Positions 28,463-38,613 of a stretch of 64,000 nt of DNA are shown here, piece after piece. Source of the stretch: Euryarchaeota archaeon UBA23 (GTDB lineage: Archaea; Thermoplasmatota; Poseidoniia; Poseidoniales; Thalassarchaeaceae); the NCBI GenBank assembly GCA_002498725.1, contig DAIJ01000017.1, forward strand, positions 15,512 to 79,511. Reading direction: 5' to 3'. Position 1 is the first letter of the stretch; every line of letters starts with the position of its first letter. The notes beneath the pieces were generated by a model, which saw only the letters and a list, made by a program, of their open reading frames with translations, made no database searches and was not told the DNA's origin. Position numbers and translations under genes: made by a program.

Positions 28463-28912
28463 TCAGAATCGTGATACAGTTCTATCTGCAACTGCAAATT
28501 CAGATGGCAGTAACAATAATCTTGATTGACCTAATCTAACTACCATCCCTGATAGGTCTTCTTCAACAAATACTTGAATACGTTCAATCGCAATTTTTAA
28601 TTCAGTTTCAGCAGTCATTAACCTACTCATTTCTATAATCACAACATCGCCATCAGAAACCCAGTTTAGAATTTCTGGTATTCCAGTAATATCGTCTAAT
28701 ATTGCTCTATGTACAATGACATCGCCCTTTCCACGCGACACCGGTGCATCCGAGTATATTTCGCCAAGATCGTGATAATTTTGTCCGACATCAACTCCAT
28801 TAGAAGTATGATTATCCGGAATACTTGGCATCTCGATCCATCGAGGCGCGTCCTTCTCCTGCTTCCTCACAAACAGCCGACAACACTCATGCTCCTTGAG
28901 TAATACGGTCAA
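28463..28912 (-). CDS. sepF: cell-division protein SepF-like (DUF552)
   Basis: VIVHRAILDDITGIPEILNWVSDGDVVIIEMSRL...IERIQVFVEEDLSGMVVRLGQSRLLLLP parallels archaeal SepF. Start uncertain (TTG 28912 or ATG 28831). Confidence 0.6.
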   Translation of the reverse strand: MTVLLKEHECCRLFVRKQEKDAPRWIEMPSIPDNHTSNGVDVGQNYHDLGEIYSDAPVSRGKGDVIVHRAILDDITGIPEILNWVSDGDVVIIEMSRLMTAETELKIAIERIQVFVEEDLSGMVVRLGQSRLLLLPSEFAVADRTVSRF

Positions 28913-29035
28913 ATAACGGTCAATCCTACGGTATAGGTAGATTGCATTCTTTCATCTACTTCTCCCGTCGGATTGATAAGGGGCCGGAATTGAGTAGGTA
29001 CTATTGGGAAAGTATCCCAAGCAGGTTGATTTGAG

Positions 29036-29662
29036 ATGAGTGCGGTTGGCGATGTAGTAAAGACAGGAACGAGCACTGTAGGAATCACATTCGACGGGGG
29101 GGTTGTTGTGGGTGCTGATCACAGAGCCACTATGGGTCATTTTATTGCTAACAAAAGCGTTCAAAAGTTATTTAGAATTTCCAATAATGTTGCTCTAACT
29201 ACAGCCGGACTAGTGGGACATGCCCAATCACTTTCTCGAACTCTAGCCGCTGAATTAAGGTTATACGAGTTGAAGCGTAATCAATCAATGACTGTTAGAG
29301 GTGCTGCTACCCTTACTGCTAATATCCTTGTAGGCCGTCCCCATTATGTTCAATTACTAATTGTTGGTGTTGATGAAGATGGACCAAGTGTATACAGCAT
29401 TGACTCAGCAGGAGGGGCGATTCCCGACTCGTATTGCGCTACAGGATCAGGTAGTCCATTCATGTATGGTGTTCTTGAAGACCAGTTTAAGCATGGTATG
29501 AATGAAAAGGAAGCACTAAAAGTAGCTGCTAAGGCCCTATTAGCGTCTGCCCAGAGGGACGCTGCAAGCGGAAACGGTATGGATTTAGCCGTAATAACTC
29601 AAGAAAAGGGCTTTCAATTACTTTCAGAAGAAGAAGTAGATAAATTACTTTCCAATATTTGA
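29036..29662 (+). CDS. psmB: proteasome subunit beta
   Basis: Propeptide then the KTGTSTVGITFDGGVVVGADHRAT active-site Thr region. Confidence 0.93.
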   Translation: MSAVGDVVKTGTSTVGITFDGGVVVGADHRATMGHFIANKSVQKLFRISNNVALTTAGLVGHAQSLSRTLAAELRLYELKRNQSMTVRGAATLTANILVGRPHYVQLLIVGVDEDGPSVYSIDSAGGAIPDSYCATGSGSPFMYGVLEDQFKHGMNEKEALKVAAKALLASAQRDAASGNGMDLAVITQEKGFQLLSEEEVDKLLSNI

Positions 29663-29740
29663 TTACACTCCATGGCATTGTGCCAAACATCCTCTCTAGA
29701 GGGTCGTACAAGGGTGGAGAGTGCTCAGGAGTGAGCGAAA

Positions 29741-31657
29741 ATGAGATTGACGTTATCAGAAGTGAAAAAGAAAGTCGCACAACTTGTACCAGATGGTGTA
29801 GACTATGAAGTAGATCTTGAAGCAGGATCTATTGCAATTATTACAACAAAACCGGAGGCGTTTTCAGGATCGGGCCAATCTCTGACAGTTAAGATTGCTA
29901 AGACTGTTAAAAGGCGAGTTGTAGTAAGGCCCCATCCTGAAATTTTAGCCGATGAGGAGAAAGTACATCAAAAGGTGAATGAGATCATTCCAGCCGAAGC
30001 TGAAGTGAGAAATATTTGGCTTGATCCTGCTTTATCTGAAGTCACACTAGAATGCGATGATCCTGCTGCAGCGGTTGGTCCAAAAGGAATACATATTAAG
30101 AATCTGAGAGATGAGATAGGTTGGTTAGTTTCTGTAGATAGAGCACCTGCATTTGAAAGTCGCACTCAACATGACATACGTAGATATCGTAAGGAATTAG
30201 CTGAAGAGAGAAGAAATCTTCTACGTAAATTTGGAACTCGAATCTACAGACCTAAACGCCCTGGAGAACCTTGGGTTCGAATAACAGCACTCGGGTCATA
30301 CAGAGAAGTTGGACGAGCAATGCACCTAATCACGACTAATGAGTCAAGAGTTTTGGTTGATTGTGGAGCCAAACCCACTATGAATCGTAATGAAGTCCAA
30401 CCATTTTTCAATGCCCCAGAATTACTTCCTTTGGACAATTTAGACGCCATTGTCCTTACCCATGCTCATGTCGACCATATTGCAATGTTACCAGTTCTTT
30501 TCAAGTACGGTTATAGAGGTCCTGTATATTGTACCGCTCCAACTCGTGACTTAATGACCCTACTTCAGATGGACTATATCAAAGTAAATCAAGCTGAGGG
30601 TAGTGAACCGCCTTATTCTAAGGCAGATATCCAGGAATGCATAAAGCATGTTGTAGATGTTAGATGGGGTGATAAAACAGATATCGCGCCCGACATTAAA
30701 GTAACACTTGAGAATGCAGGACACATTCTAGGGTCATCTAGTGTATATATGCAAATAGGAGAAGGTAATTCTGAACATAGATTACTTTTTTCTGGGGATA
30801 TTAAATATGAAAGATCTTGGTTATTTGATTCTGCTACAGTTCGTTTTCCTAAAGTAGAGACTCTTGTTATAGAATCGACCTATGGTGGTCCCCAAGATTT
30901 TCAACCAAATCGACAAGATGCAACTCAAGAACTTCAAGACTTAGTTCGCCTCGCCCTTTCTCGCGGTGGGAAAATATTCTGTCCTGTATTCGCGGTAGGT
31001 CGCTCGCAAGAGGTTATGATTGCTCTTGATCAATTATTCAAATCAGGTGATGTCCAACCTGTAACTGTCTGGCTTGATGGTATGATCTCAGAAGCCACTG
31101 CAATACACGCAAGCCATCCCGATTTTCTAAATAGAGATTTACGTTCTAAAGTTCTTAAAGGGGGTGACGAAAACCCATTTAATTCTCCTTGGTTTAAGCA
31201 AGTTGATAGTCGCGAACAAAGGGAATCTATTCTTTATGACCCCTCTCCTTGTATTGTTCTAGCAACATCTGGTATGATGACTGGAGGTCCAATAATTGAA
31301 TACTTCAAGCATTGGGCTCCTGAAACAAATAACACACTTTGCTTCGTTGGTTACCAAGCATCTGGAACTCTAGGGAGACGACTTCAACAAGGTCACGCTG
31401 AGGTGCCACTTATGGATAAAGGACAAACTCACATGGTTCCAATTTCTTGTAATGTTGTTACGATTGATGGATTCAGTGGTCATTCCGATCGAAGACAGTT
31501 AATGGAATATGTCAAAGCATTAAATCCGACTCCCAGAAAAATCATCTGCCACCATGGTGATCCTAAGACATGTAATGCTTTTAGACAAGGTCTACGAGAT
31601 GAATTTCGAGTTCAGACTTATGCTCCAGCAAACCTCGAAACTCTTCGCTTGAAATAA
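29741..31657 (+). CDS. fttA: archaeal CPSF1-type beta-CASP ribonuclease / transcription termination factor (two N-terminal KH domains)
   Basis: N-terminal KH region, metallo-beta-lactamase motif LTHAHVDHIAMLP, beta-CASP region, GFSGHSD. 638 aa is typical. Confidence 0.9.
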   Translation: MRLTLSEVKKKVAQLVPDGVDYEVDLEAGSIAIITTKPEAFSGSGQSLTVKIAKTVKRRVVVRPHPEILADEEKVHQKVNEIIPAEAEVRNIWLDPALSEVTLECDDPAAAVGPKGIHIKNLRDEIGWLVSVDRAPAFESRTQHDIRRYRKELAEERRNLLRKFGTRIYRPKRPGEPWVRITALGSYREVGRAMHLITTNESRVLVDCGAKPTMNRNEVQPFFNAPELLPLDNLDAIVLTHAHVDHIAMLPVLFKYGYRGPVYCTAPTRDLMTLLQMDYIKVNQAEGSEPPYSKADIQECIKHVVDVRWGDKTDIAPDIKVTLENAGHILGSSSVYMQIGEGNSEHRLLFSGDIKYERSWLFDSATVRFPKVETLVIESTYGGPQDFQPNRQDATQELQDLVRLALSRGGKIFCPVFAVGRSQEVMIALDQLFKSGDVQPVTVWLDGMISEATAIHASHPDFLNRDLRSKVLKGGDENPFNSPWFKQVDSREQRESILYDPSPCIVLATSGMMTGGPIIEYFKHWAPETNNTLCFVGYQASGTLGRRLQQGHAEVPLMDKGQTHMVPISCNVVTIDGFSGHSDRRQLMEYVKALNPTPRKIICHHGDPKTCNAFRQGLRDEFRVQTYAPANLETLRLK

Positions 31658-31664
31658 ATTCATT

Positions 31665-31946
31665 CTACATTATCGGGATATCAAAACCTTTTTCTTCTGG
31701 GTTAGGAGCCTCTTTTTCTCCTTCTTCATTAACCAAATTTTCTTCTTTAAAATGATTATTCTGTAATGTATTTTTCTTTAGCCAGAATGGTTCTGAACTT
31801 AATGCTAAAGAAAGCGCTAGTGGCATTAACAGAAGATAAGCCCAAACTTCTGTAGTCATTGTTTGATCTTCTATTAATTCATTTACTGACAACAAAAATA
31901 AGCAACAAAAACCAAGCCATCCAACTCCCACAATTACTTTAGACAC
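31665..31946 (-). CDS. small membrane protein, hypothetical
   Basis: Two hydrophobic helices then an acidic tail. GTG start. No family recognised. Confidence 0.4.
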   Translation of the reverse strand: MSKVIVGVGWLGFCCLFLLSVNELIEDQTMTTEVWAYLLLMPLALSLALSSEPFWLKKNTLQNNHFKEENLVNEEGEKEAPNPEEKGFDIPIM

Positions 31947-32013
31947 AATAGCCGGATAGCTATTTACTTCATCATTATGTTTAATTGAAAATCAGCAATT
32001 AATAGACAAACTA

Positions 32014-32487
32014 TTGAACCTTCTCGATCTGCAAGTCAATGTGAATGAAGATGAAAATCGTTGGCTGCTTATAATCTGCCAATGTGGTAATCACTTTGGC
32101 TCATTTCATGGAAAAAAAGCAATATGCAATATGTGCGGAGAATCAAATAATTTGAAAACGAAGAAATCATTTTCCGACTCAAATAAGTTGGCCGAAGCTG
32201 TTTCTGAAGCAAATATACCTACTGAAATTTTAACTGAAATTGAGAAAAGAATGAGTGAAGAAGAAAAAATAAAAAATAATTTTTATAAATCTGAAAATAG
32301 AGTTGAAAAAATTCATTCAGTACTCAAAAAATCTACCGATGAAGATGGTATTATGAAAAAGGAAAAGATATCTCAGAATCTTTCTAATCAAGGTATTGAA
32401 AGCCCTACTTTTGATCAAATAATGGGTATGGCTGAGGAGCAGGGTATTGTAATTCGTTGCTCTATAGATTCATGGCGCTGGGTTTAG
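32014..32487 (+). CDS. zinc-ribbon plus probable winged-helix protein, hypothetical (DUF1922-like N-terminus is tentative)
   Basis: CQCGNH...CNMCGE ribbon at the N-terminus, charged linker, compact C-terminal domain. Start TTG 32014 or GTG 32041. Confidence 0.5.
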   Translation: MNLLDLQVNVNEDENRWLLIICQCGNHFGSFHGKKAICNMCGESNNLKTKKSFSDSNKLAEAVSEANIPTEILTEIEKRMSEEEKIKNNFYKSENRVEKIHSVLKKSTDEDGIMKKEKISQNLSNQGIESPTFDQIMGMAEEQGIVIRCSIDSWRWV

Positions 32488-32527
32488 TCAACTCCATAAA
32501 GTCAGATAAGTTGGATCAACTACTCAC

Positions 32528-32605
32528 GGGCCTGTGGGTTAGTCTGGCCTATGCTAGATGCTTTGGGAGCATTTGACCCTGGTTCGAATCCAGGCAGGCC
32601 CACCA
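32528..32605 (+). tRNA. tRNA-Pro (anticodon UGG), CCA encoded
   Basis: Hand-folded cloverleaf: acceptor GGGCCTG/CAGGCCC, anticodon stem GATGC/GCATT with loop TTTGGGA, T-arm CCTGG-TTCGAAT-CCAGG, G15-C48, A58. The D-stem is weak. Followed directly by TTTTT. Confidence 0.85.
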
Positions 32606-32617
32606 TTTTTATGTAAT

Positions 32618-33397
32618 CTAGAGTAATTTTTCAATCGCTTCTATATCGAATGTGGAAACTGCAATTCCTAAGGCTTGTTCTTTGGTAAACCATCTTGCTT
32701 CTTCAATCTCATCGTCTTTTGGTACAATTTCTTCAGCCGCAATATCTGCTTCACATTTGTATGTAAAAGAAAGCCAACATATCCCATCAGGAGTAAATAT
32801 TTCTTGTCTAATTATTGTATCTTGTTTTTTCTCAGTTCGAGTGCCATTTTCACCCATGTGGTCTGGGATTTTTATTTTTATTCCCAACTCCTCTAATGCT
32901 TCTCTTTCGGCACCTTTTCGAGGATGTTCGGCATAGTCCACAAAACCTCCAGGCAAAGTCCAGCAACCTGTGAAAAAACCTCTGGTTACTTTAGCCAATA
33001 GTACCATTCCTTCAGGATTTACTACACATACCTTACTTACGACTCTATGTAGAGTTCTATAAACTGACTCTCGAGCAACGGGGTCAACTTGATTATCGCT
33101 TATTACAGCATCCTTCCATGCCCATTTTTCTGGCCAAGGAATTTGTGGTGTTGCTACAATTACTTCATTCATTTCAGATCCCAATCTAAATTTATTAATT
33201 CTTTTTGTTTCCCATTTTAACCCCATTTTACTGGCTTCTTCTGGTGTGGGTAGCCGTATTGAAAAACCATCTCCTTCATATCTCCCCATACGTGGTATTG
33301 CTGGTCCGTTACCTTCAAGATCAACAAGCAGTATTTTGCCATCATGTTCTAGATGAATGTGGCGGCGTAAAGCACTCATTGAATCGTCCAAGAGCAA
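32618..33397 (-). CDS. NUDIX hydrolase with a roughly 120-aa N-terminal extension
   Basis: Nudix box GGFVDYAEHPRKGAEREALEELGI in the C-terminal half. Confidence 0.8.
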   Translation of the reverse strand: MLLDDSMSALRRHIHLEHDGKILLVDLEGNGPAIPRMGRYEGDGFSIRLPTPEEASKMGLKWETKRINKFRLGSEMNEVIVATPQIPWPEKWAWKDAVISDNQVDPVARESVYRTLHRVVSKVCVVNPEGMVLLAKVTRGFFTGCWTLPGGFVDYAEHPRKGAEREALEELGIKIKIPDHMGENGTRTEKKQDTIIRQEIFTPDGICWLSFTYKCEADIAAEEIVPKDDEIEEARWFTKEQALGIAVSTFDIEAIEKLL

Positions 33398-33465
33398 CTA
33401 GTGGATGAATTATATGGCTAATTATAGTGAATTGTTAAATTAACAATAGTTTACTCAACACATCA

Positions 33466-34440
33466 TTACAAAAGATCACTTACAGCTTCTCGCTCTTCAA
33501 GTAATGCAGCAATATTTTCATCTATCTTTAATTGTGTGTAACTATCAATTGGTAAATCTTCGATAACCTTTATTTTTCCAGCTTCACATGTACATGGGAA
33601 ACTAAAAACTAATCCTTTAGGAACTCCATACCAGCCCTCGGAGGGAAGTGCTATTGATACAATACGGCCATTAGATCCTTGCCACCAGTCACGCATATGA
33701 TCTACAGCAGCCGAAGCCGCTGAAGCAGCAGAAGAGGCTCCTCGAGATACGATTATTGCCTTTCCGCGCGTTGCGACAGTTTCAAGAAATGGTCCCTGTA
33801 GCCACTCGCTATCAAAAACATCCGTTGCCTTCCGTCCATCAATAGTAGCAAAACGAGGGTCAGGGTACATCGTGTTGGAGTGATTACCCCAGATAAATAC
33901 GTCAAGTACCTTCGCGGGTGTAACGTTAGCATGAAGGGCCATTTGCCCCATTGCACGGTTTTGGTCTAGACGAGTCATTGCTGTAAATTGTTGAGAGGGT
34001 ATGTCTGTGGCATTAGCTGAGGCAATAAGTGCATTAGTATTGCAAGGATTTCCTACTGTGACTACTTTTACGTTTCTTGAGGCTACCATGTTTATCGCCT
34101 TTCCCTGTCCAACAAAGATTGGCCCATTGGCTGCGACAAGATCAGCGCGATCCATATCTTTTGTACGAGGTCTGGAACCAACTAGGAAAATCGCATCTGC
34201 ATCCTTGAAGGCCAAACTAGAATCTTCCGTTCCAATGATATCATGCAGCAGTGGGAATGCTGAATCTCTTAATTCCATTACAACTCCTTCAAGACGTTGC
34301 ATACCTGGTGGAATTTCTAGCAACTGTAGTATTATTGGTTGATTTTTTCCAAAGCAATCACCACTTGCAATCCTCCATAGCAAGGCGTATCCAATGTTTC
34401 CTGCTGCTCCAGTTACGGCGACTCGTATCGGTGGCCGCAT
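33466..34440 (-). CDS. mdh: malate dehydrogenase (NAD-dependent, cytosolic/Thermus-type family)
   Basis: [49 protein letters not shown] 34440 is preceded by AAGGAGAG; the track start 34464 adds 8 residues. Confidence 0.9.
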   Translation of the reverse strand: MRPPIRVAVTGAAGNIGYALLWRIASGDCFGKNQPIILQLLEIPPGMQRLEGVVMELRDSAFPLLHDIIGTEDSSLAFKDADAIFLVGSRPRTKDMDRADLVAANGPIFVGQGKAINMVASRNVKVVTVGNPCNTNALIASANATDIPSQQFTAMTRLDQNRAMGQMALHANVTPAKVLDVFIWGNHSNTMYPDPRFATIDGRKATDVFDSEWLQGPFLETVATRGKAIIVSRGASSAASAASAAVDHMRDWWQGSNGRIVSIALPSEGWYGVPKGLVFSFPCTCEAGKIKVIEDLPIDSYTQLKIDENIAALLEEREAVSDLL

Positions 34441-34641
34441 ATTTCTCTCTCCTTCATCTCCCATTAGATAGCCTCAGTACTTGGGGTTAGAAGACGAACC
34501 TTAGCCTTTAGTAAGCCTATACTTCAAAGCATCTTGGAGTAAGTGTAGGAACTACACTATCCGTTTGATTCAATAATCTGGTTGGGTTCGAGTCATTCAT
34601 CCCGTTTGAGCCTACGGCTCATTCGGTGGTGCGTGATAGCC

Positions 34642-35802
34642 TTGAGACTAGGAGTATTAACTGAACCAGATGGTGAAAATAGAGTGGCAATAGTGCCAAA
34701 ATCAGTCAAAAAACTATCTAAAGCAGGTTTTGAAGTAGTCATTCAATCCGGTGCAGGTGTTAGAGCTAGTTACTTAGATTCTGAATATGAAGATAATGGT
34801 GCAATAATTGTCGACCGTGCTAAGGCGATTGAATCGCCAATAGTCATATCGATCCATCTTCCTAATGTTTCAGAATTAAGTGAAGGGCAGATAATTGCAT
34901 GTGTCGCAGATCCATTTCGCAATCCTAAGATTGTACAAGAGTGTCTTGATGCAAAGATAGTTCTACTTTCAATGGACATGATTCCACGTAGATTATCCCG
35001 GGCTCAATCAATGGATGTTAATTCAAGTCAAGACAATCTTGCAGGATACAAGGCTGTGCTTTTAGGTGCAGCATCCGTAGCCAGAGGAATTCCAATGATG
35101 ACAACATCTGCGGGAACTGTTAGGCCAGCAAAGGTAGTAGTAATGGGTAGTGGAGTTGCAGGTCTTCAAGCAATTGCTACAGCGAAAAGGCTGGGTGCAG
35201 TAGTTTATGCATCTGATGTAAGAAAATCGGCAGCGGAACAAATAGAATCTGTTGGTGGACGTTTTATTGAAGTGGATGGAATGGATGACTTTGAAGACGA
35301 ATCAGGCTACGCTAAACCCCTAACTCCTGATTTCATTCAGAAAGTAAACGATACTGTGTGTGGAGTTGCTAGTGATGCTGACATAATTATTACAACAGCA
35401 AGGATTTTTGGGCGCCCAGCTCCAATAACAATTCCAAGTACTGCGGTTGCCAATTTCAAACCGGGTTCAGTGATAGTCGATATGAATTCTGATGTCGGGG
35501 GTAATTGTGAAGATACCAAGGTAGATGAAATTGTCACAACACCAAATGGCGTAACAATAATTGGCACCAAAAATCTTCCAGGGACTTTAGCAAATACTGC
35601 TTCTATGTTGTACTCAAATAACTTAACTACATTCATAATTTCAATAATGAAGGATGGTGAAATTGCACTTTCGGAAGATGATGATGTACTCGTTGGAGCT
35701 CCTGAGGAGTCCGATTTCTATGTTTCTGGAATGGGTGGTGTGTTGATTTGTTCTAACGGAGAAATTCATTCGAAACAAACTCGTTTAGGAGGCTTGATAT
35801 AA
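34642..35802 (+). CDS. pntAA: NAD(P) transhydrogenase subunit alpha part 1 (PntAA)
   Basis: LGVLTEPDGENRVAIVP, AGYKAVL, VVVMGSGVAGLQAIATAKRLGA. TTG 34642 lies 9 nt after GGTGGTG; the track start 34582 adds 20 unlikely residues. Confidence 0.88.
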   Translation: MRLGVLTEPDGENRVAIVPKSVKKLSKAGFEVVIQSGAGVRASYLDSEYEDNGAIIVDRAKAIESPIVISIHLPNVSELSEGQIIACVADPFRNPKIVQECLDAKIVLLSMDMIPRRLSRAQSMDVNSSQDNLAGYKAVLLGAASVARGIPMMTTSAGTVRPAKVVVMGSGVAGLQAIATAKRLGAVVYASDVRKSAAEQIESVGGRFIEVDGMDDFEDESGYAKPLTPDFIQKVNDTVCGVASDADIIITTARIFGRPAPITIPSTAVANFKPGSVIVDMNSDVGGNCEDTKVDEIVTTPNGVTIIGTKNLPGTLANTASMLYSNNLTTFIISIMKDGEIALSEDDDVLVGAPEESDFYVSGMGGVLICSNGEIHSKQTRLGGLI

Positions 35803-36113
35803 TGGATCCTGCAATTCTTATTGGCTCTATAACTCTCTTTGTACTTTCTATTTTTTTGGGTTTTGAATTGATTACTAAGGTCCCTGCAACTTTGCATACT
35901 CCTTTAATGAGTGGCGCCAATGCAATTTCTGGAATAAGTATTGTAGGTGCTCTTATTGGTGCAAACGTTGCCTTCGACGGAGGAAATACTCTCTTTAGTG
36001 GTATTCTAGCATTTTTCGCTGTTGTTCTTGCGATGATTAACGTTGTCGGTGGTTTTGCAGTAACCAATAGAATGTTGAATATGATAGCCGGTAAAAAGAG
36101 GAGGGATAAGTAG
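35802..36113 (+). CDS. pntAB: NAD(P) transhydrogenase subunit alpha part 2 (PntAB, membrane)
   Basis: About 100 aa with 3 TM helices. HTPLMSGANAISGI motif. 1-nt overlaps on both sides. Confidence 0.88.
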   Translation: MDPAILIGSITLFVLSIFLGFELITKVPATLHTPLMSGANAISGISIVGALIGANVAFDGGNTLFSGILAFFAVVLAMINVVGGFAVTNRMLNMIAGKKRRDK

Positions 36114-37537
36114 TGATTGGCGATTGGATTAGTTTTGGTTATCTCTTTTCAGCTGTACTTTTTATTTTCGGATTAAAGAAGTTAGGGCATCCAAGAACTG
36201 CACCTCAAGGAAACCAACTTGGGGCAATGGGTATGCTAGTTGCTGTTCTAACAACTGTCGCTGAGATGCAATTAGGAGATGGTATTGAAGGTTGGATCCT
36301 TATCGGCTCAGGTTTGCTTTTAGGTTCTCTAATTGGATTATACATGGCAATACGAGTTGAAATGACAGGTATGCCTGAAATGGTTGCATTGTTCAATGGT
36401 TTTGGCGGTGCAGCATCAGCCTTGGTGGCTTTATCAGAATCTTGGAAATACATAGAATCTGATGAATTATTATTACCAACTGGATTAGAGTTAGAAGTTG
36501 TTGTTGTGGCTGCGGGGCTTTCTGCATTAGTAGGTTGGATGACTCTTACAGGCTCATTACTAGCTATGCTCAAACTCAAAGGTGGGGTTGAAATTTTTGG
36601 CAAGTGGATTCGTACACCAACCTGGGGGCCCGCTTGGCTTAATCCAATCAAGGCCTTACTATTCTTGAGTGTTTTAGTTCTAATTTATGTTTCAATTAAC
36701 GATCCACTAAATTCAGATTATTTGTACGCAATAATAGGAATATCATCTTTACTTGGAGTGTTACTTGTTCTTCCAATAGGTGGTGCTGATATGCCAGTTG
36801 TAGTTTCCTTACTAAATTCATTATCTGGTATAGCAGCAGCATTCACAGGATTCATAATAGGCAATAGTGTTCTAATTGTAGCAGGATCATTAGTTGGCGC
36901 TAGTGGTCTTATTCTTACCTTCATTATGTGCAAGGCAATGAATCGTGAACTCAAAGACGTTTTGTTCAAGTCTTTCGGTGGTTCTGAGAAAGAACAAGTT
37001 ACTCGCACTAAAGTGGGCAGTGATGCTGATGAAGTAGCAATGATGGTTGATGGGGCACAAAAAATAATCATAATTCCTGGATATGGTATGGCGGTTAGTC
37101 AATGTCAACATCAAGTAAAAGAATTCGCTGATTTAGTATCAGAGAAATTCGATACCGAAGTTAAGTATGCTATTCATCCAGTGGCCGGAAGGATGCCTGG
37201 TCATATGAACGTACTTCTTGCTGAAGCAAATGTTCCTTATGATCAACTCATTGAGATGGATGAAATTAATCCAGAATTGCCTGAGGCGGACATTGCTTTA
37301 GTGATTGGTGCTAATGATACTTGTAATCCAGCGGCTAGAACAGATCAAGGCCCATTAGCAGGAATGCCGATTATAGATGCGGATTTGGCAAATACTGTTG
37401 TTATCATAAAGCGTAGCCTTTCAGTAGGATACGCTGGCGTCGATAATGATTTATTCTATATGGATAAAACAATGATGCTTTTTGGAGATGGTAAGAAAAT
37501 GATGAATGAACTCAACTCCGCTATTAAGGAACTATGA
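36113..37537 (+). CDS. pntB: NAD(P) transhydrogenase subunit beta (PntB)
   Basis: Polytopic N-terminal half, then the NADP(H) domain IIPGYGMAVSQCQH, HPVAGRMPGHMNVLLAEA, VIGANDTCNPAA. Confidence 0.9.
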   Translation: MIGDWISFGYLFSAVLFIFGLKKLGHPRTAPQGNQLGAMGMLVAVLTTVAEMQLGDGIEGWILIGSGLLLGSLIGLYMAIRVEMTGMPEMVALFNGFGGAASALVALSESWKYIESDELLLPTGLELEVVVVAAGLSALVGWMTLTGSLLAMLKLKGGVEIFGKWIRTPTWGPAWLNPIKALLFLSVLVLIYVSINDPLNSDYLYAIIGISSLLGVLLVLPIGGADMPVVVSLLNSLSGIAAAFTGFIIGNSVLIVAGSLVGASGLILTFIMCKAMNRELKDVLFKSFGGSEKEQVTRTKVGSDADEVAMMVDGAQKIIIIPGYGMAVSQCQHQVKEFADLVSEKFDTEVKYAIHPVAGRMPGHMNVLLAEANVPYDQLIEMDEINPELPEADIALVIGANDTCNPAARTDQGPLAGMPIIDADLANTVVIIKRSLSVGYAGVDNDLFYMDKTMMLFGDGKKMMNELNSAIKEL

Positions 37538-37610
37538 TTTTCTATGTCTCTTTTGTGAGACGTCTTGGCAACTATTATGAAACGATGTGATGAGAGAAGA
37601 GTGAGTAGGG

Positions 37611-38612
37611 ATGATGTTGACAAGGCGGCCTACTAGACTTTTCATCACAATATTGGTGGTTGGACTATTGGCTTTGCCAGCTTTTGCTAACAGCCAAGGC
37701 CCTCCATATCTTAATTCAGATAATAATGAAACTTCGAAATATGGTTGTTCTTGTCACGGAAGCGGGGTGCCTGGTGATAGGGCAGTAGTAATGATTTCTG
37801 GTGTTCCTGTTATGTATGATTTGGGTTCTTCATATGAGATGACTATTACTGTTGCCGATTCATTTACATTGGCCGGTGAAGATGGTAACACAAAAGCAGG
37901 ATTTTTACTAACTGATTATGGATTAGGGAATTTTTCTTGGGACTCTAGTGAGGAAATTCGCATCGCTGAAGATAATCCTGAAGCAATTTCTCAAAGTGAT
38001 ACGACAAATGGTGTTTGGATTATTAGTTGGGCTGCCCCTTCAGAAGGATCTGCAACTGTCCATTTTAATCTTGTAGGAAATTCAGTAAATGGGGATGGGA
38101 TACCTAATGAATATGATTATTGGAATATATTGGCATTTTCCATACATCCACCTGGTACAATTGCCGAAAATGATAATGAAGCATCTTTGCAAACTAGAAC
38201 AATAGCCGTGGGAGATTATGAAACACTATTTGTTTTAGAAGAAAGTGATGCTGAAATTGAAGCGGAAAGACAAGCTGCACTTTCGGATGAAATATTCGCA
38301 AAAGGAAACTTATACTATTGGACATCTCTAACAGCTCTCATTGTAGGTGCTGTATTTCAACGTGAGGTTATGGAGCGTAGATATGGCACAGGTCCTGAAT
38401 ATCTTGCATCAGAGTTAGCCTATCCTCAGGGAATATGGAGATTTTTCATATCATTAGTTGCTCTAGTTATAGCCGTTAACTGGACAGCTGCTGGCACCCA
38501 ACATCCATTTATTGTAGGTGTAACTTGGTTCATCTCAGTTTGGGCCGCTTATGGCGTCTATAGGACAGTTCGTTCTGCTAGAGCAGAACAAACAGTTCAT
38601 GATGTGATGTGA
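37611..38612 (+). CDS. exported, membrane-anchored protein with a beta-sandwich-like ectodomain (reeler/DOMON-like assignment is tentative) and three C-terminal TM helices
   Basis: Signal MMLTRRPTRLFITILVVGLLALPAFA (RR pair). YGCSCHGSG, AGFLLTD, WIISWAAP..GSATVHFNLVGNSVNGDG pattern. Hydrophobic C-terminal third. Confidence 0.55.
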   Translation: MMLTRRPTRLFITILVVGLLALPAFANSQGPPYLNSDNNETSKYGCSCHGSGVPGDRAVVMISGVPVMYDLGSSYEMTITVADSFTLAGEDGNTKAGFLLTDYGLGNFSWDSSEEIRIAEDNPEAISQSDTTNGVWIISWAAPSEGSATVHFNLVGNSVNGDGIPNEYDYWNILAFSIHPPGTIAENDNEASLQTRTIAVGDYETLFVLEESDAEIEAERQAALSDEIFAKGNLYYWTSLTALIVGAVFQREVMERRYGTGPEYLASELAYPQGIWRFFISLVALVIAVNWTAAGTQHPFIVGVTWFISVWAAYGVYRTVRSARAEQTVHDVM

Positions 38613-38613
38613 A

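Noticed and set aside
33432-33446. AT-rich palindrome TTGTTAA-A-TTAACAA between the NUDIX start and the mdh stop
   Set aside because: It is short, entirely A/T, and expected by chance in AT-rich spacers. There is no second copy in the window.
34575-34600. GGTTGGGTTCGAGTC, resembling a tRNA T-arm (GGTTCGA)
   Set aside because: The flanks cannot form a T-stem or an acceptor stem. There is no cloverleaf, so this is not a tRNA or a convincing tRNA-fragment att site.
37585-37600. GTGATGA (C-box-like) upstream of ORF 37611, considered as a C/D box sRNA
   Set aside because: There is no CTGA D box or terminal stem at a suitable distance. A similar isolated GTGATGA at 27531 lies inside a coding start.
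37740-37760. CSCHG in the exported protein as a possible c-type haem-binding site
   Set aside because: The motif is C-x-C-H, not the CxxCH required for covalent haem attachment. It is left as an unexplained conserved-looking motif only.
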